Of a stretch of DNA of 64,000 nucleotides, positions 1-14,175 are shown piece by piece (within the stretch, counting starts at the first letter, position 1; every line of letters starts with the position of its first letter). The DNA lies in assembly GCF_964204645.1 (NCBI RefSeq), contig NC_134032.1, positions 2,690,175 to 2,754,174 of the forward strand, in the 5' to 3' direction. Position numbers and translations under genes: made by a program. The notes beneath the pieces were generated by a model that had not been told where the DNA came from, ran no database searches, and worked only from the letters and a program-made list of their open reading frames with translations. This DNA is from Tubulanus polymorphus (lineage: Eukaryota > Animalia > Nemertea).

Positions 1-1100
1 CTTGCATAATTATTGTACACATTTCAATTTCGATGTTGTATATGTAGGAGGTTATGGTATGTGCTGTTATTGGCGTGTGGTGTGTATGTTTAAGTGGGTT
101 ATAATATTTCGTTATGCGAAGTCTCCTATGTCAATATATGTAGGAGAATCAGGCGTGTTATTTAAGGGGGGCGGTTGTGTATGTAGTGAATGTTTTGATT
201 AGCAGATTCTCCAATGCAGATATATATAGTAGGGTCAGGTGGATATGTTTGTAGGGGTGTTGTGTATTTGGTGTGAATGTTTCAATTAACAGAGTCATAA
301 TGTCATAGTGTAGTGTGTTAGTGTGTTGGTAATACGTTTGCATAATTATTGTGCACATTGAATTTTGATGTTGTTTATTTATAATGACTGAGATGTGTAG
401 GATGTTATGGTTTGTGCTGTTATTGGCGTGTTGTGTGTATGATTAAGTGGGTTATAATATTTCGTTCTGTGAACCTCCTATGTTGATATATGTAGGAGGG
501 TCAGGCAGATTTAGATCTTAGGAAGAGAGTTCAAGTATCCGAATAACCATAGAAGCGATAACATTAATAACCTCATTTTCTAATGAGTAAATACAGTTTA
601 TAAACTGTATTTACTCATTAGAAAATGAGGTTTTTAATGTTATCGCTTTTATGGTTATTCAGGCAGATTTGTTTATAGGGGAGTTGTGTGCTGGTGCAAA
701 TGTAGTAAATGTTTCGATTATCAGAGTCTCCTATTTGGATGGGTTTTGTAATGTTATAATATGATAATGTCACAAGTTGGTAATAGGTTTATGTTGTTTA
801 ATTCTGTCCACTTGTACACATTTGAATTTCGATGTTGTTTGCTTATCATGACACATGTGTAGGAGGTTATGGTACTGGGTTGTGTAAATGTGTATGGGAG
901 GTTATAATATTTCGTTCTGTAGAGTCTCCTCTGCGAATATATGTCAGAGGGTGACGCGTATTAATGAAGCAGGGTGTTGTGTAGTGGTGTGTATGTAGTG
1001 TATGTTTTGATTTCGATATGTGGAAACATCTATGTGGATGTATATAGGAGGGTCAGGTGTGTTACAAAGTGGGGTTTTGTATATACAGGCATGTGTAGTT
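1..1100. repeat. Degenerate GT-rich tandem repeat (units ~340-470 bp)
   Basis: The block 'cataattattgt(a/g)cacattt..aattt(c/t)gatgttgt...gtaggaggttatggt...gggttataatatttcgtt' recurs near 1, 339 and 810. Confidence 0.6.
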
Positions 1101-2065
1101 ATGATTTTAATTTTATGTGACCTTTATGTGAATTCATTTATGAGTGACAGGGTTTATATTTTAGTGTTTTTGAAGATTGTGTGACAATAGTAAATGGGTA
1201 AATTGATGTACCTAGTTTCTAGGGAATGAAACAGTGTGTATTTGGAATTGATATGTTGTTAAGTAACAGTGGTATAAGCTGGGGAAAGTATGTAGATAGT
1301 TGTAATGGGGCATGAATGATATTTGACATTGTGATTGATATGTAGCAATGTAACAGTAAGATATGGTGGTGGATGTATATATCTAGCTGTCATGGGGATG
1401 AAGCAGTCACTGTGTGGAATGGATGTGTTGGAATGTAACAGCTATGTACAGTGTACAAAATGAGTATTATTTCATGCTGGGGGATATTGATGCGTTGTTG
1501 CCATAGGTTTTGATGTGATAACACTGTACATATATTACCACCATTAATATTACTAAACACATATGTACAGTCTTATGAATGATTATGTATGGAACTGTAT
1601 GAAGGATTGTATTGAATATATAGGAAATGGTAATTGATCATGTAGCAATCATTTGTGGCGATGTATGTATTTTGTATTGTGCAGTGAGATAGTATTCAGA
1701 AATGTTTGTAATCAATGTTGTGGGATGAAATATAAATAAAAGGTGGATGGTATGATGATATGTGTTGTGTATAATTATTGTTTCCAAATTTGGTGCTTAT
1801 CCCCATATGCTTGGCCAAGTTCTGATGTCATTTACTACATTGTCCCTGGCAAGGATTTGAGCTTGATGGCATGGCGACTGCCACAGTACAATGGGGTTCC
1901 TGCAGTGCTGCTGTGGCAATTGAGGATTCCACTCATAGCTAGTGACAATCCGCCAGGTTGCTAGTAAGTAGTTCGTCATTCGCCAGTGCGACATATGAAA
2001 GTTAGGCAGAAACCCGTTATCGCTGCTATGCAGCTATATTTATTCCTTGGAATCTCTCGCATTGC

Positions 2066-2552
2066 TTAACATAGAGTTATAGTGAAGCCTTTTAGCCTTT
2101 TTGATACATGTATTAAAAAGTTTCTATATCTATTGTAGATATTTCTATCAGTTTGAAATTTACTAGACAGGTATCTTCTATAAAGAGAATCCTTCTTTTT
2201 TAAAGACATCAATAAACCATTAGAAAACCATTCGTGTTTCTTGTCCCTATATATCGAAAACTTTCTTTGATTATAAGGAAACATTCCGTGTAATATTTGT
2301 AGAATACAATATAAAAAGAGTAATAGGCCACATTAGCATCATGAATATTAAACACATGAGTCCAATCATGTGCAATGAGCTTTCGTTTAAATCGAGCGAT
2401 ATCATGATCTGACATTTTTCGATAACTAACCGTCCTAGTTGATGTAAAATTGCAAATTGTGTTAATTGGATTTCTATGAATAAACTTTCGAATGTGTCAT
2501 TGACACATGTAAAATCATCCAGTACCCTAAATCTAATGGTGCTGCTGTACAA
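2066..2552 (-). pseudogene. LINE (CR1/L2-like) ORF2 fragment: endonuclease and linker
   Basis: Frameshifted pieces CVNDTFESLFIEI, FKRKLIAHDWTHVF..DANVAY and WFSNGLLMSLKKKDSLYRRYL are typical of the LINE APE-RT linker. Confidence 0.7.
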
Positions 2553-3336
2553 ACTTCTCTAAATCGGGCCCTTCGAGACCAATCCTTTTCCCGCATCAAA
2601 ATAATCGGTAACACCAGACATCCTAGTTGAATTTGTCTTGTCTTCACAAGAAAACTCACAACACCGTAACAGACTTAAAACAAGAGGCTAACTAATAATT
2701 ATTCAACGATACTGGTTGTTCCTTACCCGACTCCACGACGTTATACGTACGTAACGAAACAAACATACCTTCAAAACAAACGACCGGTATTCCGGTATAC
2801 GTATGTTACTATTATAGTCTATACTAACTGAATAAACTTCATCCTACGAGAGTGTTTACCAACTAAGGTATACTTGGAGTAAACAGTTGTAAAATATGTA
2901 TTATTTCCGACGTTAGCTATGCTACAAGTTAGACTGGATAGGATTTGCAATTGACAATCCCATCGCTGCCACCAAAATGTCATAGAATTGCTAATCCTCC
3001 CTCAGTCTCCTGCAACACCACCACGACAGGAAATAATACAAACGAAATTAAACTTTATAATTGGTATATATATTTCTAATTTTGTAATTCATTTCACCGT
3101 ATGATTTCAAAATCGGTTCCGTGGTGATCTGAGATCCTCTCACACACTCGTTCCCATAGCTAGCCACTTGCACAACAACACACACTCTCGTGTGCACGCC
3201 GGGCCTCAATGGGCCCGTCTGACCTTACACACCGGTATATGTGCATTCGACCCAACCTGGATTAATCTCCAATCACAATACCAACAATTAAGGGATTGCC
3301 GGGTTTACACTATTCAAAAGCCAGTATTTCATGACA

Positions 3337-3587
3337 GTCACTACATACTGGGATTGGATGGCATTGTTTTAGTGTTATTCGCCACTGTAGGACACATCCT
3401 CAGTATCGTCGTTCTAAAAGAACAGCACCGCGTGGCTGCAAAAATGTCATCTACGATTCTAACTTTATTATGTCTGGTGATTATGGACACGATCACACTC
3501 GATCACGGTCTTCTCCGTCTAGTTATTCGCTATACAGCTGTTGGTGCAAGTCGTGGCAAGTCCGGATTCGATATTCGTAGAAATCTA
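3337..3587 (+). pseudogene. Partial duplicate (TM1-TM2) of the neighbouring GPCR
   Basis: High nucleotide similarity to 4044-4290 (HYILGL.GIVLV.F.TVG.ILSIVVLK...DTITLDHGLLRLVI); truncated at both ends. Confidence 0.85.
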
Positions 3588-4006
3588 CTGCCAGCTTCTG
3601 GAATCTACTGGGATTTTAGGGATTCGAATTCGGGTGGAATTAGACCATGGATCCAAATGCAATTTCCACGAAAATCTATTCCTCTGTGTGCATGCCAAGT
3701 TTCATAATCAAACAATGAATAGGTTTTGCGCAAACTGGTTATGAAAAACTAGTTTACCCTTTTTAGTATAGATTTTAAATTGACAATATTGGTGTTGGTT
3801 TTCACGTTAAATATTCCTCAGATATCATTCCTACTTACATTAGAACATGTTACATATACACCCATTAGTTTTAACACTTTTCTCGAGTGAGATTTCATTT
3901 ATGCATATTGCACTTTTACACAGTTAATATCGCCGGCAATAAATGCATTTCATCGAATTTCAACACATAACTGATATATTCACAACGAACTGCGCCGAAT
4001 ATTATA

Positions 4007-4987
4007 ATGAACGGTAGCGAAGTAACGAGAACGAATCGAGTAGGTCACTACATACTCGGATTGGGTGGCATTGTTTTAGTGATATTCGGCACTGTAGGCA
4101 ACATCCTCAGTATTGTCGTTCTAAAAAGAACGGCGCCGCGTGGCAGCAAAATGTCATCTACGATTCTAATGTTATGTTGTCTGGCGATTATCGACACGAT
4201 CACACTCGATCACGGTCTTCTTCGTCTAGTTATTCACTATAACGCTTTACTTGCACATCCTGGAACATCAGGATTCGATATTCGTAAACATCTAGGTGCT
4301 ACTGTTAGCGCGTTCACGTGTCCCATCTCCGCGTTTCTGGCCATATTTTCGTTGCACGCGGGCTCTTTGTTAATCGTCATCTTGACGCTTGAAAGATTTT
4401 GTTGTGTCACGTTTCCGTTGAAGGCTTCGACAGTAGCAACTCGCCGAAATTCCGCATTAGGGATGTTGTCCGTTGTGATAGCCACGACCTTTATCGACGG
4501 CCATATTCTGTTTGGTGTCCGGTATATGAAACGCCCCCCGCTAGTCGGCTATCACTGCCAAACAGTCTCCGATTCATATAAATATTTCTACATCAATGTA
4601 TTCGTTTGGATGGACTTAATGTTCGGCGCTCTCTGCCCCTTCTTAATTATCACGAGTATGAACGCCGCCATCATCCGCTGACTCATATCAGCCTCGTCAC
4701 AACGACAGACGATTTCCAAATCAGAAACATCTTCGAAAGCAGAAAATAACACGACCAAAACGTTACTAGCAATTAGCATCGTATTCATCGTTACGACGAT
4801 GCCTGATAAGGCTTTACGTGTTTACAGTGATCGAAACAACGGGGCATTTTATGGCGGATTCGTTGAGGTTTTGGGGCCGCTCTTGCGGCTACTGGAGTAC
4901 ACGAACAGTGCTATCAATTTCGTTCTGTACATGCTGTGCGGTTCGAGATTTAGACGGGAATTTGCAAAAATGTTCGAACAGAAATGA
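4007..4987 (+). pseudogene. Intronless rhodopsin-family GPCR (FMRFamide/peptide-receptor-like) with one in-frame TGA
   Basis: GN in TM1, LAxxD in TM2, ERF in TM3, NSAINFVLY..GSRFR in TM7/helix 8. ORFs 4007-4681 and 4799-4987 share a frame, separated only by TGA at 4679-4681. Confidence 0.85.
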
Positions 4988-5999
4988 CCACTATTTGTAA
5001 CGCCCGAATCAGAAATTTAACGTTGAAAATAAATGGTCACAGCCAGACGAGACAAACGTAAATCCTTTACAATATGATTTTCTCCTTCTAGATTTTGACA
5101 CATGAAACGACAATATTAGACAGTAATGGACTCTTTGTCCTATCCTTCTTCAAAATTAAATTTCCGAATAGAAATTCCATATTTCGAGACACGTGCATAG
5201 ACTCAAACATCCCACGTTTTCTAGGACAAAGTTCTAGGATAAAATGAATGAATCAGATAGAGATATAAATCAATGAAAAGTTCTCAATCAAAAGCTAAAT
5301 AATCTTTTTGTTAAGCGATTTTCAGCATTTTTCCAGCTATATTAGGTACACACAATAGATATTATACATTGTACGTCAATTAAAGGTATCATCCGTATCA
5401 TGTCGTTTTCACCACTTGTAGTTTACTTCTCTATGTCAAAGCTGTTTCAATTTAAATGAACAGCGGCCCAATTTCACCGACCTCGAATGGCGGAGAGACA
5501 ACACATGAAGTCGCACTACCGAATGAAGGAGACATAAATAACGAGAGAGATTATAAACCCAGGGCAATATACACAATTTGTTACGTGAAAGGGATACACT
5601 GAATAATCAGGAATTCCTCAGCAAATAATAATAAGATAATGAACTAATAATCAAATTTTGAAATAAAAACCAAATACCCAATAATAATAATTTATGTAAT
5701 AACTTCAAAAAAGATGAAAATAATACGATAGTAAGTCAAATCCATTCAATATGACCGCAAAATGTTGTTTCAAAAAGCCTTCTCTAATATCAATATCTTC
5801 TCTTCTCTGAGTGTTACTAATACTTAATTTTAATTTCATAGTGTTAGTACGGCTAAGGAAAAATTCAGTTTTTTGAAAAACTTAACATTCGGAGACTCGC
5901 TATGAACTAATTCATCGATTTTGTAAAAGTTATACATAGAAACTTTATGTCATATCCTAATGTCGGATTTCGTGGACAATCTTGTAAACTTTGGCAATC

Positions 6000-6905
6000 G
6001 GCGGTGTTGTCATAACACGGAACAACAGAATCGCGGAATTAAAAAAACAGGGAATTTCTTCATTTTCGCTATAAAGAGTACCGTGTTTTCCCGTGGGGAT
6101 ACCCATTGTCGGACAAGGCACCGGACCGATCGATGCACTGTTAGGTTCGAATCCCATTATTTGCAGGCTATTTTATCGGAAATAAGTTGACCCGTTGACT
6201 GGCTGTCTGCTGCTACCCGCAGCAGCAGACAGAATCAAATAGGAGAAAGGGACAACCTAGACAAACATCGGTTATCGAGGTTAGTCGACTTTTTGCAAAC
6301 TTCAGAACGAATATTGTCAGTCGAATTTGAGCACGTTCGCGGTAGGTCGGGCCGTATTTCTACGTGGTTGCAAACATGAGATTCTAAGACCAAACAAGTA
6401 CCGATTTAGTACCAATAAGATACTTATTATTTGATCCAAATATTCAGTTCGTAGGACCAAATATGAAATAGCAGTCATTAAGAAAACATCTTAAAAAACG
6501 AAACCATTTTATAATTTCTAATATCATTTAGTTTCCATAAACGTTCCCAGATTCACTACTTTTGCTTATAACAATGTAGAAACACAACACGCATGAATAA
6601 TCCTAAAACCAGAATGAAATATACATAACGTCTATTTATTCATTTACCAACATTTCATTTGATTCCTTCAGTATAGTACAATACGGCGATACTCTGCATC
6701 ACAGATTAAGTAGTTGACTGGCGATATAATGAATCATCACAAAGGCCTACTGGTACCCGTTTATGAAAACATGTGTCCGATGCCTTGTCCGACAGTGGGT
6801 AACCCCACGGGAAAACCCGATTACTATTTATAGTGAAAATGAAGAAATTCTGTGTTTTTGAAAGATCCCGCGATTCCGTCGTTCCGTGAAATGATAACAC
6901 CGGGC
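6000..6905. mobile_element. Foldback/MITE-like element with ~125-bp imperfect inverted repeats
   Basis: 6011-6126 (..ttttcccgtggggatacccattgtcggacaaggca..) is the reverse complement of 6775-6901 (..tgccttgtccgacagtgggtaaccccacgggaaaa..). Confidence 0.6.
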
Positions 6906-8226
6906 AATCGGTATGGTTTCCAGGGGGTGGCGAGATACGAAGCATGCACCGAAGATTGCTCGAATGAATGCAGGCCGAGTAGATTGTGTCATATTTCAGG
7001 ATCTTCCACACGTACTTCGCTGGTAGATTCCCGTTACACCATTACACGAAGCACACTGCATTCGAAATTGAATTCTAAATCTAGGTGGTCCATATATTTT
7101 CCACGGATGTTATACACCTGTGTGCCAGAATATCGGCATCCAAAACAATTGCCAAGGTATTTCAACATCTATTCACCAGTAATACTGCACAAGGCAGACA
7201 TGTTTATTAGTGTGACACAGTCCAATCTTGCCTATCAAAATCTTTATTTATATTACATTAAAGTGTCGATAGTAGTACATATAAATGATTGTGACATTAG
7301 ATGATGGCAGTGTGCACTTGTAGGGTTGTATTTCGAATAATTTACATCATTATCATTGTTAGGAAGATAGATGCAGCGATTACTAAATCTTTCGAACCAT
7401 CTCCTCGTTTACAGGTTAAAACATCGGTCTTTCCGGTTCTGAGATGAATATGAAAATGTTAGCTAATGTTCGATGTAATGATTTTTCTTTTTGCGTATAT
7501 TTACAATTATCTGTTCTTCGAGGTCCTGTATTTCAAATTTGATACCGGATAGACACCAGTTTGTGTTTATCGCATAAGATATCGCATTCGCAGCGTTGCT
7601 GTGAAGTAAGGTCCGTACTGTGCGATCAGTGATGATACCGGGATGGAAAATGTCTGTTGTGTTTATATAACCTTTTAAATTTTGCTGTAGATGTGCATGC
7701 CCTGATTAGCTCGTTCACCGTTGAAATACCTTTGAATGTCGTCGACAGTAACAGCAGCTGGCTGTTGGCTTTCTTTTCTACTGTGTGGATTTTGCAATGT
7801 GACTGCACAATGTATAATTCCATTGCTTAATCAGAAAATTTATGTTATTTGCAGTTTAAGAAGGCATCCATTTTTTGCTTCATTACAGCCTACATCACAA
7901 AGTTAGCACGATCTACCAAGTGGTCTTTGTCAATGCTTGCTATGATTTTCTCCAGCAACGTGTGTAGTACTTTGTCACCCACGTTTTGCATAGTTTCGCT
8001 GGCGAGTTTTTGTCAAAGTTTTACCATAGGCCGCATCACCATTTCAATGTGACTTGCCCTTTTATCTGCAAATTATATCTCAATTATAGCTCAACATCTC
8101 TCTCCACGAGATATATACGCAAATCGGTTTTCAATCCATCTATAGTTCAAATTCCATCTAAAGTACAAACAACACACATCATTCTACAACACTACTTAAT
8201 AATTGGACAGAGAATAACGATGATAA

Positions 8227-9176
8227 TCATTTCGACAAGTTTCTACAGGAAATAACTGCACCGAAATATTCACGAATTTCTCGTCCCAGTAAAAGATAAA
8301 TGTAGAAATTAACGACATAGTTACAAATTTGGATATGGGTGCAGATATCAAACAGTAATTGTTTTTGGTCCACAGGCATTGTTTGGAATGCTGTAATAGA
8401 GGTCGGAAGAGTGAATATTGCTAATGCGAGTGAAACTGTTACAAGCATAATTGTTGTACGTTTTGCTTTTGTAGTTCTCTTGTCAGACGAAACCATTTTC
8501 GTACCTTTGAATAACTGAAATATGGTAACAGAATTTGATCACCGCTAAAGGCACAAAATAAACATGAACGACAAATGTGGTGAAAAGTTTGGCTTGGTTA
8601 GAAATTTCTAAGTAGCATCCGGTAATTTTTTCCGAAAACTTTATTAATACGACTTGAAAAATACCCGCTACTAAAATATTCATGATGAATGATTACAATG
8701 ACGCATCGGGCGAATCCAGGTGTACATATCAAACGAGATGTGAATGGGAAGAGCACAACTGCCGCACGTTCAATAGATATCGCTACTATAAACCATGAAC
8801 TGCAGGCAATCAAAAATGATATGACAAATTCATATATTTGACAGCTGATCAGTGAATTTATCAAGAGCGTAGCGTCCATAGCACTTATGTGAAGATGCCC
8901 GAAAACAAACTGTAAAACAGGCATCAGACTTAAACTGACGACAACCACAAAATCACTGATTGACAAAACGATCAGATAGTTAGCGTAAGATAAACTGCGG
9001 AATCTGTGACTTATCATTATCAGGAAAGTAGCCGAATTTCCAAAAACGCCTAACAGTAGAAAGATAGGCAGAATGACCAGTGACGCGGTACGGTAGATGC
9101 CAGACTTGTTTACGACAGATAAGATAGCGATATAGCTGTTATAAGGTCTCGCAATCTGCAAGAGAGTAGAATTCAT
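8227..9176 (-). pseudogene. Intronless rhodopsin-family GPCR pseudogene with two frameshifts
   Basis: GVFGN, LSISD, SIERA and NYVVNFYIYLLLGREIR motifs spread over three overlapping ORFs in different frames. Confidence 0.85.
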
Positions 9177-11639
9177 TATTGATTGGATGCTTCGCTAGAT
9201 GCACGAATTGTCGTCTATTCAAGTGAATTATAAGAAAGGCGCATCTATATATTGATACAATCTTTTGAATGAAAGCAGCCATTCAACAATTGTTCAGCCA
9301 GATTAAATTTACTCCCAATTTGACGCATAAATCAAAAATAAATTCCCAGATATCGAACACAAAACACTTAGATTCGTGAAATGCTTATCGTTTGAAGCGA
9401 CGAATTTAATGGTTCTAGATCAGGAAGTTGGAATTGCATCGAGCTTGACGGGAAAACTTCTGAAATACGAACAAAAAACCGAAGTGATTAACGACTTTTA
9501 CCAATTCGTGAACATTTGATCGCAATCAATGCCAAAATTAAGATGGCGTTTACACTGACAAGCGTGAATGATACAAAACAGCTCCTGGGACCTTGACCTT
9601 CGACCTACAGGACCCGAAATGTAATCGGTTACTCGCAGTCTTTAGGATAACCCAATTAAAAAAATGTAACCAAATTATCTTAAACCATCCTTCCTAAGTG
9701 CGAGAATGAATGATTTTAGAGATTAGAGAAAATTTCAATTCTTGTGAAAATCGCAGTGAAACAATGCATCAATTGGCACGCAATTCACAAGTGGTAATCA
9801 TTGACAACAGGCTACAGAGGAGCCATCGAACGACCTCGCAAAAGTAGAGAACTCAATAAGTAACGGAATAAGGAATAAGGAACACGTAACCAACTTTACT
9901 ATGGTATAATAATAGTGAGATGAAGAGATACATAAAGATTGATGGTGATGTGATACTAGGACCCGGTCTGGAGACTGTGGATCCTTAGTAATCCACGGTC
10001 ACAATATCTATATACAGTCATTGAGAGACGTTCATGTTTTACATTGTTTACTAGAAAACCCTGAAAACAGTTTGATTGATAGAAATATCAGCTCCCGGAT
10101 GGAGGTTACTCTTTCAAATGTTTAGATGTCGACACACGGGGACGCATGTTTATTTACTGTCACGAGACTCATAGATTGTTGTTTCTAACAGCTGAAGCGG
10201 AACTGATGGGATTTATCAATATAAAGGATTGTGTATATAAAGGATATAAAGGATCCGTGTGCTGGACGCTCGTGTGTTACTAGTGATGAACATGTATTAC
10301 TATCGGCAAACTCTAATACTTATTACAGAGGAGCTGTTATTAGTATCAGATATAATGATCACGTGTATAGAACTGAACCCCACAGACAGTATGATATGCG
10401 AGATACATAAAATGTGTGACAGTAACACTGTAGTTATTCACTGGGATAACAGTAATAATCAGCACTCACTGAGACTACAATATAAACACTGTATTAACTC
10501 CCCCGATTTAGAATCGAAGTCTAAACCAGTTGTAGGGTTCCAGAACAGCGTGTATACAATGAAATGCTACTCGCAGTCAGCCGGTCAAATGCTGCCCGGC
10601 TGTGAAAGGGCACCTTTGTCACAGAAAAGTTTGAATCTTTAGGGCAATCTAAGTCACTTTGGGGCACCAAATCTATGCATCCACAAAACAAGACATTTTG
10701 ACATGTTAATGGAAAATCATTCATAAAAATAAGAAGTTTACCCATTTTCGATTATTCAAATTGGCTATTCAAATTTACTTCTATAACAAGAACTTGAAAA
10801 ATAGTAGGGCAATCGTGGGTACCGCGGTAGTAGCGGACTGGATCAGCCCCTGATTTGTCACCAACGCAGAAATCACGCACCTTGTATTTCTAAAAGATAG
10901 AGTTGTTTTGAAACATAACCTTGACTTAAGAAAGGGAACACGATTGTCTACTTAACGCAGGTAGTTTGTTAGGTATGATGATAATTACCTGGCAGAATTG
11001 TCAACATTTTTGTAAATAGGTCCCCGGCCCGTGAGGCCATTTAGAACATCTTATAAGGAACACGGCCTGTAATTATTACAAGTACGCGCCGTGCGTGCTC
11101 CAGTCCATAGTACAGTCAAGTTAAAGACTGTTTTTCTGTTACGAAACTCCCGGTTTTGCGACGATTTCTCAAAAACAGAAATAGGCCATGATATCCTCAA
11201 AGAACTCAACTATTATGATTCATTAATAGAGAGGGGCCATAATACTATCAAGGAGAGTTTAAGCTCATTTAGGGTCTATAACCAATCTAACAACTTAGAA
11301 CCAGTTTAAGCTCATTTTGGTTCTATAAGGCATCTGACAACTAAAGACCAGTCTTAAGATCTAATACTATTGTTCAACTTAAATCCTAACTTTTCTTTGA
11401 ATTGGGTCTGGTTCTTCAGTTTCCAGAACTTCAAATGAATTTGTTTCTTCTTATATTTCAACCCCGTGAAAAGTTGTCTTAATTCGACTCATTAAAACAT
11501 TGCAAATGAATTTTAGGCTAGAAAAAAATGATACTGGTTTTCTCTGTCTGCTGGGCTTAAAAGCTCTGCTGAGCTTTGACCCGGCCGGCCGCTGATCCTA
11601 TGTGTCCATTTATTGCGGTTATAATTAGTCAAAGAATAC

Positions 11640-13900
11640 GTCATATAACCGATGCGGATACCTACGGATAATTTTTTCAACTCGTCGTAATGTCTTCATA
11701 TTTGGTTTATACATTTATCTACCCTAGGTACATCTTCAGCCTACAAACTGGCTCTGTCAGATTAAAGATGGCCGACTGGCAGCCATTGTTGTTCGCCAAA
11801 ATCAGCACTTTTGAAACATTTTCGAAGTTTTCGAGGAAAATTCTGAAGACGCTTTGATCATTTACCTTGATTGTTCATATGTATTTGAATCCCCCAATGG
11901 CATGAGAAAGATTGGGTTGATCGGACTCAAGATGGCTGTCCTGTGACCTTTTTGTGCCCAAAATGTCAAGTTTGGCCTGAATTCTAAATCCTGTAGCTTC
12001 CTAATGGTTTGCAATTTTTAATTGCAATTTGTGATGGGTATTCTTTGGAAAGGGATGTTTTATACCCAAGATAGATATATTTGATCAGGCAATTATGACA
12101 CATTTGGCGGCCATCTTGGTGTCATCAGTACTCATTTGTAGGTGGAAAAAAGTTTTTCCACATTATATTCATACGGTTTAAGCACATTGTTACCACAATC
12201 AAATGGAAAGTTGTAGCTCATGACATGATGTATGATCGTGGTGAGTTTCAAGGGCATTGGTTTTTGTATATGGCCACCAGGGGGCGTTGAACAATGCAAT
12301 AACTTGTATATTATATTCGTACCTATGGTCCTACCACAATCATGGGATACCGGCAACACCAGATGGCGCAACAAAACACTGGGTTACTCGTGATGAAAAT
12401 CAGTTCATTTGCGGTGAAATTTGAACATTATTTTAACCTTCCAATCCCGGAAATTATCAAACGAGTCATCGAATTGATATGAGATTTCCTTTATCTCTCA
12501 GTATATGGTATTGATTTCACTGAATATTGATTTACTAGTCAGATAATTTGAAGTTTATAGAAATGTAGAAGAAATTGAAGCGCGGTAGCCCAGTGCTACT
12601 AGCGATCCTGGCGGATTATCACTGAATCTTCGCTTCCCTCAGTAGCCTTGCCGGTATCCCATTGGAAAATTGTAGCCCATGACATTCTCTATGATCGTGG
12701 TGAGTTTCAAGGTCATTGGTTTTTGCATGTGGCCACCAGGTCGCGGTGAACAATGCCATAACTTAGTATTTCTTTATTATTTTCGTATATATGCATATTT
12801 TGTAACCACAATCAATCGGAAAGTTGTAGCTCATGACATTGTCTATGATTGTGGTAAGTTCCAAGGACATTAATTATTCTATATAGTCACTAGGGGGTAT
12901 TGAATAGTAGAATAACTTAGTATTTCCTTATTATATTGGTACCTAGGCCTATTTTGTTTCCATGACCAATTGCAAAGTTGTAGCTCACGACATGTTCTAT
13001 GAATATGGTGAGTTTCAAGGTCATTGGGCTTCGCATATGGTCACCAGGGGCGTTGAATAGTAGAATAAATTAGTATTCCCATATCATATTAGTAACTAGC
13101 CATATTTTTTACCACAATAAATTGTTAGATTGTTGAGCATCTGAAACCACTTCCCAAGAATTTAGTCCCAGCTGGCTATTTTGCGTCCACTTTTCGTCCG
13201 TTATAGCGTTTGTCCGTCCGTAGACAGAATCCAGTTATTTTGGGATGTTTTGAAGACACTCCAATGGATTGTCCTGATATTTGGTTTATACATGTATCGG
13301 GCATACTCATTACTCCGAAGTCGCATTACTTCGAAATTGCGTTTAATGCCCAAAACGGTCAAGATCTCCTCATTTGAATACCGCGCACTCGCCAGTAAGT
13401 TACGTCGGATCATTGCCGTGCTGGGATATTTTCAAAGCTCGTGTGTCAGATGATTCTGCTTAAGAGAGTAATGATGGACCACGATAAATGGGGGTATTTT
13501 ATACAATGATTTTCAGACGGTTTAAGAGGCTAATTTCTACAGAACGTCCGAAAGTTCACTTCAACCATCTGCTGTGGACCGCGTGGAATAAATGTAAATT
13601 ATTGCTGCATACAAAATGAATGGTTGTATACAGTATGACCGGTCAGAATTCAAAATCAACAACACCTCATTTACATACATTTATTCAACGTGTCCACAAC
13701 ATATTGTCGAAGTGAACTTTCTGACTTTTGGGTAGACATAAGCCTCTTAAACTGTCCGAGAATTGTCCCGGCGGGTTATTGCGTCAACTTTCGTCCGTCC
13801 GTAGACGGTATCCAGTTATTTTGGGAAGTTTTGAAGACACTCCAATGGATTGTCCTGATCTTTGGTTTATACATGTATCGGGGCATACTCATTACTCCGA
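11640..13900 (+). repeat. Cluster of non-autonomous Helitron/Helentron-like (HINE/MINE-type) elements with 154-bp internal tandem units
   Basis: Repeated unit 'aagttgtagctcatgacat...ggtgagtttcaaggtcattgg...tggtcaccagggggcgttgaa'; GTCC microsatellite heads near 13195 and 13790; same family at 33430-33930 and 54140-55137. Confidence 0.65.
13490..13770. mobile_element. MITE-like element; an inverted second copy lies at 15430-15617
   Basis: 'gggggtattttatacaat..tttaagaggct..aaagttcacttc' has a complementary arm at 13705-13765; ~190 bp reverse-complement match at 15430-15617. Confidence 0.55.
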
Positions 13901-14175
13901 AGTCCCATTACTCTGAAATCGCGTTTATAGGGATCAATATCAATCACGATATCGATGAAAATTATTAGAGGGGTTCATTGAAATTCATCCGTTCAATCAA
14001 TGTGTATTGATGAAGTATTCAAGTTTGCAATATGTAAGTATTATTTAAACTTAATTGCAGTGGTAAGTTGATGGACCCCCTCGAATAGCCCGCTTACTAG
14101 AGAAATAGGGTTTTGTCGCTAAAGATTATAATTCCTTTATTCAAGTATTGGAATTAAATTGTATATTGATGACTT

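Noticed and set aside
10259-10642. 127-aa ORF and other short ORFs in 5-17 kb and 54-60 kb
   Set aside because: No recognisable motifs; many start at non-ATG codons or overlap repeats
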